64,000 nucleotides of DNA. Source: Deltaproteobacteria bacterium. GTDB lineage: Bacteria; JAGRBM01; JAHCIT01. The notes beneath the pieces are model-generated. The model had not been told where the DNA came from and did not search any database. It worked only from the letters and a program-made list of their open reading frames with translations. The position numbers and the translations under genes are program-made. This document shows, piece after piece, positions 9,819 to 17,704 of the stretch. Each line of letters opens with the position of its first letter. The first letter of the stretch is position 1. The DNA lies in the NCBI GenBank assembly GCA_026129095.1, contig JAHCIT010000010.1:1-64000 (forward strand), given 5' to 3'.

Positions 9819-10736
9819 CTAGAAACGCCAAGGTCCGCCTGCACGCCATCGGGCTATCCATGTTTTTCCGGTTCCCTTCGCCGCTTCAATCAAGGGTCGA
9901 ACGAAACCAGTGATCTCTGCAATGACCGAGGGCAATCCCGGTTCGCCATCCAGCCCGGATTTTTTCAGGAACCCAGCCCACTGCCTCTGCTTCCCCGTAT
10001 CTTCGTAGAATGACGGCCCGAGCGCTTCAGGCAATGTATCCGGCAGCGGAGTTCCACGCCGCTCGAAGGTCGCCCGGACCGCCTGAACAAGTAGGCCGCC
10101 TTCGAACGAAAAGTTTCGTGAAAGGAACGCCAGATCGTAGAAATCCTTCATACGGCTGTTCACAAGTCCGAGCCTGACCATCGCTTCCAGTTTCTCGGCT
10201 ACGACTGTCTCCCGGGAATAAATCCTTATCTTCGGAGGCGGGGCATCCAGCAGTGCGGGCAGCTCCACATTTTCCGCGTCCGGTGTCATCGCATCTCCAA
10301 ATCCGATGTCCACCTGCACGCGAATGCGCGCAGTATCGAGATGTGCGAGCATTACCGCTCGCACGCCACCGTAGTCCTGATCTTCCCTTATCGGTCCCAC
10401 TTCCAGCGAACCCCGGTCAAACTCGATTCCGTCGTCCGTCGCCGGAATGGCCGCAATTTCCCCGAATATCCGGCGAATACGCGCTTCCCCGGGATCGCCA
10501 AAACCCAACAGATCGAGATCGCGCGTTGGGCGATGCGGCTTGCCGCTCCACAGGACGAACAGGGACGCACCCTTGAGGACGAACTGTTCCCGGTAGCTCG
10601 ATACCGAGAGCCGGTAGAGGAGCCGCTCGTTCGCATAACGGACCAGCAGGAGCTGGAAATCTTCTCCGCGTTCCTTGGCGAGCCGAAGAAGACGCGCCTT
10701 GACGGATCGGGCGGATTTCCCGGATGTGCCGCTCAT
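9819..10736 (-). CDS. abiEii: Type IV TA / abortive-infection nucleotidyltransferase toxin AbiEii
   Basis: FVLKGASL, RPTRDLDL, AEKLEAM and NSRMKDFYDL motifs; 4-bp overlap with the upstream antitoxin. Confidence 0.9.
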   Translation of the reverse strand: MSGTSGKSARSVKARLLRLAKERGEDFQLLLVRYANERLLYRLSVSSYREQFVLKGASLFVLWSGKPHRPTRDLDLLGFGDPGEARIRRIFGEIAAIPATDDGIEFDRGSLEVGPIREDQDYGGVRAVMLAHLDTARIRVQVDIGFGDAMTPDAENVELPALLDAPPPKIRIYSRETVVAEKLEAMVRLGLVNSRMKDFYDLAFLSRNFSFEGGLLVQAVRATFERRGTPLPDTLPEALGPSFYEDTGKQRQWAGFLKKSGLDGEPGLPSVIAEITGFVRPLIEAAKGTGKTWIARWRAGGPWRF

Positions 10737-11338
10737 ACGAGTGCCTCCAGGTACGGTTTCATTACCGTGTAAATTCCATCGGCACGGGCGGCCGTGGTAA
10801 GGTTTCCCACACCGGCCCGGTATTTCCTCAAATAATCCTTCAGTGCCAAAAGCGCGGTTTCAAGGCCAACATCGTTCCGGTACCGGAAGCAGTCGGCAAC
10901 CGTCTTTGCCGGCGTCGTGACCCGCACGGTAGCCCCCTCAACAGTCCGCGACTCAACGCCATAAGTCCAGGCAGAGCCGCTGGCGCGTACGATCACCAAC
11001 GGAGGATACGCAACTTTCGGAGTGCGGGCGCGTGTCTCGATCATGCCCCAAACGGCATGCGGCGACTCGGTTGTGAGACCGTGTACCTGCAGCGCACTCA
11101 GCAGGCAGATCGTCATGTGCGGGACGCGCTTGCAGGCCTCGGCAAGCGTATGCAGTTCGGAAGCGGGCGCCTTCGCCGAACGGTAAAGCCCCCGGTCAAC
11201 GCGCTCGATCAGGCCTCGATCAGATAGCCGTTTCAGATACGCCCTTGGGATTCCGTACCGGTCGAGATCCCGGGCGCGAAACGGACCCGTTTCGGCAATC
11301 TTGAGGAGACGGGAGACATTGGTATGGAGCAGAGGCAT
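10733..11338 (-). CDS. abiEi: Type IV TA antitoxin / transcriptional regulator AbiEi
   Basis: N-terminal wHTH (LSDRGLIERVDRGLY), ICLLSALQVHGLT and TTPAKTVADCFRYRN motifs. Confidence 0.9.
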   Translation of the reverse strand: MPLLHTNVSRLLKIAETGPFRARDLDRYGIPRAYLKRLSDRGLIERVDRGLYRSAKAPASELHTLAEACKRVPHMTICLLSALQVHGLTTESPHAVWGMIETRARTPKVAYPPLVIVRASGSAWTYGVESRTVEGATVRVTTPAKTVADCFRYRNDVGLETALLALKDYLRKYRAGVGNLTTAARADGIYTVMKPYLEALV

Positions 11339-11385
11339 GATACTATACGTATAGTTTTATTTTTATTAATATTCAATATGTATCA
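11338..11385. promoter_or_regulatory. AT-rich abiE promoter with palindrome and inverted repeat (candidate AbiEi operator)
   Basis: Perfect 14-bp palindrome ACTATACGTATAGT at 11342-11355; TGATAC (11338-11343) and GTATCA (11380-11385) inverted arms. Confidence 0.5.
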
Positions 11386-11480
11386 CCTGCTTACCTGCTC
11401 TAAGTCGGCACCTCAACTCCTATCCTTCTCCTCCTCGGACTTGGGAAATCACACCGACACTGAGATTTTTACGCGACTCC

Positions 11481-11501
11481 GTACAACCTAAGTACAACCT
11501 A
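11481..11501 (+). repeat. Tandem 10-bp direct repeat, candidate integrase arm-type sites
   Basis: GTACAACCTA at 11481-11490 and 11492-11501, about 115 bp upstream of the tRNA fragment. Confidence 0.55.
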
Positions 11502-11615
11502 TCCGGCGGAAACCGGTGTTTTCAGGCAGACGCCGGCGGATTTCAAAACCTGCGTAACCTATTGATCTCCGGACGGTTCCGGATCGTCATTGACATCTGT
11601 GGAAACTCCCTCGGC

Positions 11616-11664
11616 CGGTCTCATAAGCCGTAGGTCGAGGGTTCGAGTCCCTCCCCAGCCACCA
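11616..11664 (+). mobile_element. att site: 3' half of a CAT-anticodon tRNA (Met or Ile2) at a genomic island border
   Basis: CGGT-CTCATAA-GCCG anticodon arm, GAGGG-TTCGAGT-CCCTC T arm and CCCAGCC-A-CCA end. There is no D arm and no GGCTGGG 5' acceptor strand upstream. Confidence 0.85.
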
Positions 11665-11787
11665 GTCCAAGTCGTTGAAACTACGGACTAGTTCATGTTC
11701 TGCTGGAGCCATCCCTGTTCTGGCATCGTGGTATTTGGCGCTAGGGTAGTTTCAGGATCGGGAGCCGTTCCGGATTTAGGAGTCCCC

Positions 11788-12357
11788 ATGATGAGACGAC
11801 TGGCCATGGCAATCGCTGCGTTTTCCCTCTGCACCTGGAGCAGTCCGGTTTCCAGTGCGGACCCGGTCCCGCCAGACGCCAAGCCGGGATTTTTTGGTCT
11901 TGAAACCCGCACGCTGGAAGGGGAGCCGGTGAGTTTGGGGCAGTATGCCGGCAAGGTCGCTCTGGTCGTGAATGTGGCGAGCAGGTGCGGGTTCACGTCC
12001 CAGTATGCGGGGCTCGAAAAGCTGTACCAGGACTACAAGGACCGGGGGCTGGTCGTCCTTGGGTTTCCGAGCAATGAGTTCGGCAGCCAGGAGCCCGGCA
12101 CTCCGGAAGAAATCCGCACATTCTGCGAGCGGAAATACCAGGTGACATTCCCCATGTTCGAAAAGGTAAGGACCAAGCCCGGCCCTGAACAATCACCGGT
12201 TTATGCGTTCCTGACGAAAAGCGGAGAAGTCCCGGGCTGGAACTTCGGCAAATACCTTGTCGGCAAGGACGGGCAGGTGAAAGCCTACTATTCCGCCCTG
12301 ACCAAGCCGGAATCGGGAAAACTCATTAAGGCCATAGAAACGGAACTTTCCCGGTAG
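11788..12357 (+). CDS. Glutathione peroxidase family protein (Cys type) with signal peptide
   Basis: VVNVASRCGFTSQY, LGFPSNEFGSQEPG and WNFGKYLV motifs; AGGAG RBS before ATG 11788. Confidence 0.92.
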   Translation: MMRRLAMAIAAFSLCTWSSPVSSADPVPPDAKPGFFGLETRTLEGEPVSLGQYAGKVALVVNVASRCGFTSQYAGLEKLYQDYKDRGLVVLGFPSNEFGSQEPGTPEEIRTFCERKYQVTFPMFEKVRTKPGPEQSPVYAFLTKSGEVPGWNFGKYLVGKDGQVKAYYSALTKPESGKLIKAIETELSR

Positions 12358-12502
12358 TTTCGCCGGGCAGACTCCAGCGGAATCTCCCGCCACCGTTTTG
12401 ATGCCGTATTTGTGGCCCTACCGAAACGGGTGGAACGCTGGCGCTTGTGCGCATCCCGTGAAAGGATGACCAACAGCACGCTGCCCGGAAAGGCCGTTCA
12501 TT

Positions 12503-13708
12503 ATGGATTTCGAGTTTTCTGAACAGGTGAAAACCGCCGTCGGCATGGTGACGGAGTTTGTTGACAAGGAGCTGATCCCGCTCGAGGGGGAACTATTGGC
12601 GCGCGGATTCAATGCGATGATGCCGGTGATACGGGAAAAGCAGCGGCTGGTCCGGCAGATGGGGCTGTGGGCACCGGGGTTCCCGAAGGATCTGGGTGGA
12701 CTGGGGCTAAAGGTCGCCGAGTTTGCGCCGGTTTCGGAAGCACTGGGCCGTAGTCCGCTCGGCCATTTCGTTTTCTGGTGCCAGGCCCCGGATGCTGGAA
12801 ATGTCGAGATACTCCACCGTTACGGGACGGAGGAGCAGAAAAGACAGTATCTGGAACCGCTCATCGCGGGGGAAATCCGGAGCTGCTTTTCCATGACCGA
12901 ACCGGAGATGCCCGGATCGAACCCGGTCATGCTGGAGACAACAGCTGTAAAGGATGGCGACAGCTACGTCATCAATGGACAGAAGTGGTTCACCAGTTCG
13001 GCCGATGGAGCAAAGTTTGCCATTGTCATGGCAGTCACGAACCCGGACTCTCCGCCGCACCTCAGGGCCAGCATGATCATCGTTCCGACGGATGCCCCCG
13101 GTTTCAACCGGGTGCGGAACATCTCGATCATGGGCCATGCGGGGGAAGGGTATGCAAGCCACGCTGAAATCCTGTACCAGTCCTGCCGTGTGCCGGTCAC
13201 GAACCGGCTCGGTGGTGAGGGAATGGGCTTCGTGATCGCGCAGGACCGGCTCGGGCCGGGACGCATCCATCATTGCATGCGGTGGATTGGCATCTGCCGC
13301 CGGTCGCTGGAACTGTTGTGCGCGCGGGCGGCCGAACGCAGGATTGACGAAGATGGCCGGACGCTCGCGACCCGGCAGACGATCCAGACCTGGGTTGCTG
13401 AGGCGGAGGCTGGAATCCAGGCGGCCCGGCTGATGACGCTGCATGCCGCATGGAAGATCGATACTCAGGGTGCCAAGGCTGCCCGGAACGAAATATCCGC
13501 CATCAAGTTTACCGTGGCCAACACCATGCAGCAGATCATCGACCGCGCCATTCAGGTTCATGGCGGACTCGGGATGACCGATGACACCATACTGTCATAT
13601 TACTGGCGGCACGAGCGGGCAGCCCGGATCTATGACGGGGCCGATGAGGTCCACAAAACGAGTCTCGGCAAGCGGATACTGGACAGTTATGTGAAAAGAC
13701 AGCGGTAG
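12503..13708 (+). CDS. Acyl-CoA dehydrogenase (ACAD10/11-like subgroup)
   Basis: CQAPDAGNVEIL, CFSMTEP, INGQKWFTS, AQDRLGPGRIHHCMR, AIQVHGGLG and RIYDGADEVH motifs. Confidence 0.93.
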   Translation: MDFEFSEQVKTAVGMVTEFVDKELIPLEGELLARGFNAMMPVIREKQRLVRQMGLWAPGFPKDLGGLGLKVAEFAPVSEALGRSPLGHFVFWCQAPDAGNVEILHRYGTEEQKRQYLEPLIAGEIRSCFSMTEPEMPGSNPVMLETTAVKDGDSYVINGQKWFTSSADGAKFAIVMAVTNPDSPPHLRASMIIVPTDAPGFNRVRNISIMGHAGEGYASHAEILYQSCRVPVTNRLGGEGMGFVIAQDRLGPGRIHHCMRWIGICRRSLELLCARAAERRIDEDGRTLATRQTIQTWVAEAEAGIQAARLMTLHAAWKIDTQGAKAARNEISAIKFTVANTMQQIIDRAIQVHGGLGMTDDTILSYYWRHERAARIYDGADEVHKTSLGKRILDSYVKRQR

Positions 13709-13724
13709 TTCCCCCGGCCAGGCT

Positions 13725-14840
13725 GTGGCGGAGGATGAGGAGGGACCGGAATTGAGCACACCTGACAGTCCCGCTGGCGGGCTTGGACCCGTACGGGAGG
13801 CGCATCGCTTTGATGAGGCCGCACTTGGCGAGTTCGCTCGCCGGCATGTCCCCGGTTTTGAGGGGCCGCTTGTGGTGCAGCAGTTCGAGGGCGGGCAGTC
13901 AAATCCGACTTTCCTGCTGCAGACGCCGGGCCGTCAATACATCCTTCGCAAGAAACCGCCGGGACAGCTTCTTCCATCTGCACATGCCATTGAGCGTGAA
14001 TACCGGATATTGAAGGCGCTGGAACCCACGGGCGTGCCGGTACCGAAGGTCCATGTGCTTTGTGAGGATCCTGCTGTTATCGGGACGCCTTTTTATGTGA
14101 TGGAACGGGTTGAAGGCAGGATATTCCGAAATCCCACCATGCCGGAAGCCAGATCGCCCGATGAGCGCCGTGGGATTTATTTGGATATGGCCAGGGTACT
14201 TGCCCGGATTCACAAGGTGGACTGGAAAGCTGCCGGACTGGAAGGGTACGGCAAGACCGGCAACTACATGCTCCGGCAGATCGAGCGGTGGACGGCCCAG
14301 TATGAAGCCACCCGGACGGATACTATCGACAGCATGGAAAAGCTGATTCGCTGGATGCCGGATAACGTGCCGGATGCCGGGCACCTGACGATCGCCCACG
14401 GCGACTACCGGCTCGAAAACCTGATAATTCACCCGCAGGAGCCGCACGCAGTCGCCGTTCTGGACTGGGAACTTTCGACTCTCGGCCATCCGCTGGCCGA
14501 CCTGGCGTACTGCTGCATGCTGTATCACCTGCCACCCAACCCTTCGAGCGGAAATCTGGGCGCTTCCAGCGGCCTTATGGGGACGAATTTTGTGGGACTT
14601 GGCATCCCTCCGGAAAAGGATTTCATCAGTGCCTATGCGGCGGAGATGGGTGATAGCGGCGGGGTGGCAGACTATGATTTTTTCGTCGCTTTCGGGATGT
14701 TCCGGCTCGCTGCCATCGTGCAGGGGGTGTACAAGCGCGGGCTTGATGGAAATGCCAGTTCGACAAAGGCCGCAACCTACGGCCCGATCGTGAAATTCCT
14801 GGCTGATGCGGCAATGCATCAGTTGAAAGGCCGGCTGTAG
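13725..14840 (+). CDS. APH-family phosphotransferase (ACAD10/11 N-terminal kinase-like)
   Basis: QFEGGQSNPTF, LRKKPPG.LLPSAHAIEREY, HGDYRLENL and AVLDWELSTLGHPLADL motifs. Confidence 0.92.
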   Translation: MAEDEEGPELSTPDSPAGGLGPVREAHRFDEAALGEFARRHVPGFEGPLVVQQFEGGQSNPTFLLQTPGRQYILRKKPPGQLLPSAHAIEREYRILKALEPTGVPVPKVHVLCEDPAVIGTPFYVMERVEGRIFRNPTMPEARSPDERRGIYLDMARVLARIHKVDWKAAGLEGYGKTGNYMLRQIERWTAQYEATRTDTIDSMEKLIRWMPDNVPDAGHLTIAHGDYRLENLIIHPQEPHAVAVLDWELSTLGHPLADLAYCCMLYHLPPNPSSGNLGASSGLMGTNFVGLGIPPEKDFISAYAAEMGDSGGVADYDFFVAFGMFRLAAIVQGVYKRGLDGNASSTKAATYGPIVKFLADAAMHQLKGRL

Positions 14841-14924
14841 GAAGAATCTAGGGCATATTCTCCTACGCCCTTGAGAGGCTTAAACCCGTTTTGGGGCACG
14901 CTCCCCCAGATTCTGCTTATTTAC

Positions 14925-14953
14925 TTGACACCCGACCGAACGGTCGGTAAGGT
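14925..14953 (+). promoter_or_regulatory. sigma70 promoter with palindromic TetR operator in the spacer
   Basis: TTGACA (14925-14930), 17-bp spacer, TAAGGT (14948-14953); CCGACCG-AA-CGGTCGG at 14932-14947. Confidence 0.75.
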
Positions 14954-14991
14954 GACTTGGGTCAGTTACGTGGAGGTAATTACTCAACGTC

Positions 14992-15669
14992 ATGTCGGCG
15001 GCCGAGACTACCAAAACCCCCCATATCGTGCGGCACCCTTCCCAGGACCGCATCTTGGACGTCTGCGAGCAGCTTTTTGCAGACCGGGGCTTCTCAGGCG
15101 TGGGGCTGGCTGAAGTTGCCGAGCGGGCGGGACTTTCCAAGTCGAGCCTGTTTCACCATTTCAAGAGCAAGACGGAGATCTATGCCTCGGTGCTGGAACG
15201 CCTTTTCAAGCGGCTGCATGAGGCACTGGAAGCCGAGATCAATGTGGCCGCCGGGCCTTGGGCACAACTCGACCGGGTAGTGGATATCTGGGTCGGTTTC
15301 ATGGCCGACAACCCGAATACGGCGAAGCTCCTGCTCCGGTCGATGGTCGAGCGTGACTTCGAGGATGAAGGGCTTACCCGCGAGGAACTGGCCCGGCGTC
15401 ACGGACTTTACATGCGGCTGATCATCCAGCGCGTGATTGTGCTGATGAAAACCGGAATCGAGCAGGGTGCCTTCCGCCAGCAGCCGGTCGGGCACTTCGT
15501 GCAGACACTGATTGGCGCAACGATATTCCATTTCGCCTCGGGCGAATTCGGGAAGGACATGCTGGGGGGCGACATTTTTGAGCCCCGCCGCGTGGAGGCG
15601 CGCAAGACCGAAATGAAGAATTTCCTCCGCCACGGACTCGGATACGGGCCGGGAGCGAAGGACAGTTAA
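14992..15669 (+). CDS. TetR/AcrR-family regulator
   Basis: ILDVCEQLFADRGFSGVGLAEVAERAGLSKSSLFHHFKSK HTH; GGAGG upstream. Confidence 0.92.
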   Translation: MSAAETTKTPHIVRHPSQDRILDVCEQLFADRGFSGVGLAEVAERAGLSKSSLFHHFKSKTEIYASVLERLFKRLHEALEAEINVAAGPWAQLDRVVDIWVGFMADNPNTAKLLLRSMVERDFEDEGLTREELARRHGLYMRLIIQRVIVLMKTGIEQGAFRQQPVGHFVQTLIGATIFHFASGEFGKDMLGGDIFEPRRVEARKTEMKNFLRHGLGYGPGAKDS

Positions 15670-15689
15670 CCCACCCAAGGAGACCCATT

Positions 15690-16778
15690 ATGGAACTGCT
15701 CAATCCTGAACACCGCAAGATGTATGGCAAGTTCGCCGGTATCGAATGGAACGACCAGACGGAGATCAAGCGGATGCGCTCCCAGCTCGACTTTGATGCG
15801 CCGCTGGAGGTTTCATGGGACTGGGACTACGTGGGGGAGGCGGAGGAACTTCGCCGGTTATACGAGATCAGCAAGGTCCGCCAGTGGAATGCGGAAACCG
15901 ATCTCGACTGGAAAATCAGCATAGATCCCGCCGCCCACTGGGGCATGGACCCGAAGTATTCGGTCATCTGCCAGCTTCTCAAGCTGGGCGGTGCCAGTGA
16001 AGCACAGCAGCGCGAGGCTGCCTGGGAAAACATGGCCTATATCTGCTCCCAGCTTCTTCATGGAGAGCAGGCAGCGCTCCAGATATGCGGCCAGCTTACC
16101 AATACCTGCCCCGACATCGACATGAAGTTCTACGCTGGCGCGCAGACTTTCGATGAAGTTCGCCATATTGAGGCTTTCGCCAAGTTCCTTCAGAGAAAGG
16201 TGGGAAAGATCTATCCCGTCGATCCCAACATCAAGTTTCTGCTCGAGGAACTGCTCAAGGCCGATTCATGGCAGAAAAAGACTCTCGGCATGCAGACCCT
16301 GTTCGAGGGAATGGCTCTCGGCATCATGGGCATGCTGGAGGATGGAACGGATATCCCCTTCCTGAAAGAGATGCTGAAGCGCGTCCGGCTGGACGAGTCC
16401 CGTCATGCAGCTTTCGGTATCATCAGCATGAAAATGACGATGGAGTCGGCGGAGACTTCGCCGGAACTGAAAGCTGAACTTGAGGACTGGGCTTTCGGCA
16501 TTCTGGAATGCCTGAATGCCGGCCAGTATCATGGACCCCTGTCGGAGCTGGGCCCCAAATATGGCATTAACGCCTCGGCCGTGACACCGGTGCTGTACCA
16601 CAGCAAGGATGCCATCGAGGCGAAGTCGCTCATGTATACCCACGCCGTGATTCCGCACCTGAAGAAGCTCGGCCTCATTACCGAGCGCACGGCGGGTAAA
16701 TACCGGGAGATCGGTCTCGTCAAGGATATGGACAAGATCAGCACCGAGTCCCGGGTGACCCAGGGTGCATTCGACTGA
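15690..16778 (+). CDS. Ferritin-like diiron oxygenase (AurF-like superfamily)
   Basis: Two E...DExRH ligand sets (HGEQAAL / DEVRH and FEGMAL / DESRH); AAGGAG RBS. Confidence 0.8.
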   Translation: MELLNPEHRKMYGKFAGIEWNDQTEIKRMRSQLDFDAPLEVSWDWDYVGEAEELRRLYEISKVRQWNAETDLDWKISIDPAAHWGMDPKYSVICQLLKLGGASEAQQREAAWENMAYICSQLLHGEQAALQICGQLTNTCPDIDMKFYAGAQTFDEVRHIEAFAKFLQRKVGKIYPVDPNIKFLLEELLKADSWQKKTLGMQTLFEGMALGIMGMLEDGTDIPFLKEMLKRVRLDESRHAAFGIISMKMTMESAETSPELKAELEDWAFGILECLNAGQYHGPLSELGPKYGINASAVTPVLYHSKDAIEAKSLMYTHAVIPHLKKLGLITERTAGKYREIGLVKDMDKISTESRVTQGAFD

Positions 16779-16799
16779 AGTTGAAACCGGTTCAGCCGG

Positions 16800-16830
16800 A
16801 AAAGGGCGTCTCTATTGAGACGCCCTTTTT
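16800..16830 (+). terminator. Rho-independent terminator (bidirectional-type)
   Basis: AAAAGGGCGTCTC-TATT-GAGACGCCCTTTTT. Confidence 0.9.
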
Positions 16831-16916
16831 CATTGTCGGATATGACAGGTGCCTGTTTACACAATCCACATGGCGGGCGATGATGGGAAGAGGACAAGAG
16901 GAGAGGAGCGGACACC

Positions 16917-17699
16917 ATGCCTCATGTCATTGTTACAGGTGCATCGAAAGGAATTGGGAAGGAGATCGCCAGAGAGCTGGCCAGGCGGAAGCATGATCTC
17001 GTTCTGGTGGCACGCACGCAGAAGCTTCTGGAAGAACTGGCTACCGAACTCAAGCAGAGGCATGGCGTCAATGCCGTTCCGGTAGCGCTGGATCTGACCG
17101 ACATGGCTTCCATTGACAGGCTCCCGGGGATCCTCGATGGGCGCGGGATTAGCGTAACAGGGCTTGTCAACAATGCCGGCTTTGGGACGATCGGCGAGTT
17201 CGATACGATCGACGCTTCAACCGAAGACCAGATGATCACCCTGAACGTTCGTGCGCTGACGCGTCTCACGCACCTTTATATCCCCCGGTTCAAGAGTGCT
17301 CGCAAGGGTTTTGTCATGAATGTCGCCTCGATGGCAGGGCTGATGCCGATGGCTGGCATGGCCACCTACAGTGCGACGAAGGCTTTTGTGGTATCCTTTT
17401 CGCGCTCGCTGGATGCCGAATATGGCCGGAACGGCATCCAGATATTGTGCATTTGTCCCGGGGTTACCCAGACGGAGTTTCTTGACGTGCAGGGAGCGAA
17501 CCACAGCGCACTGCCGCCGGGCCTGATGCAGGGGCCCAAGGAAGTGGCCCGTTATGCCGTTGAGCAGCTTGATGCTGGCGCGACGTTCGGTGTTCCCGGC
17601 ACGTTGAACAAGATTGGTGCCGCACTTGCCGCTGTGGTTCCGCAAGGTGTTATCGCCCGTCTTGCCTACCGGATCACGCGGCCCGCCTCGAAGAAGTAG
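16917..17699 (+). CDS. Short-chain dehydrogenase/reductase
   Basis: TGASKGIG, NNAGFG and YSATK motifs. Confidence 0.93.
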   Translation: MPHVIVTGASKGIGKEIARELARRKHDLVLVARTQKLLEELATELKQRHGVNAVPVALDLTDMASIDRLPGILDGRGISVTGLVNNAGFGTIGEFDTIDASTEDQMITLNVRALTRLTHLYIPRFKSARKGFVMNVASMAGLMPMAGMATYSATKAFVVSFSRSLDAEYGRNGIQILCICPGVTQTEFLDVQGANHSALPPGLMQGPKEVARYAVEQLDAGATFGVPGTLNKIGAALAAVVPQGVIARLAYRITRPASKK

Positions 17700-17704
17700 G
17701 ATGG

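Noticed and set aside
11589..11664. Complete tRNA-Met/Ile2 gene
   Set aside because: No D arm and no 5' acceptor strand complementary to CCCAGCC; only the 3' half is present.
11950..12010. Selenocysteine recoding in the glutathione peroxidase
   Set aside because: The active-site codon is TGC.
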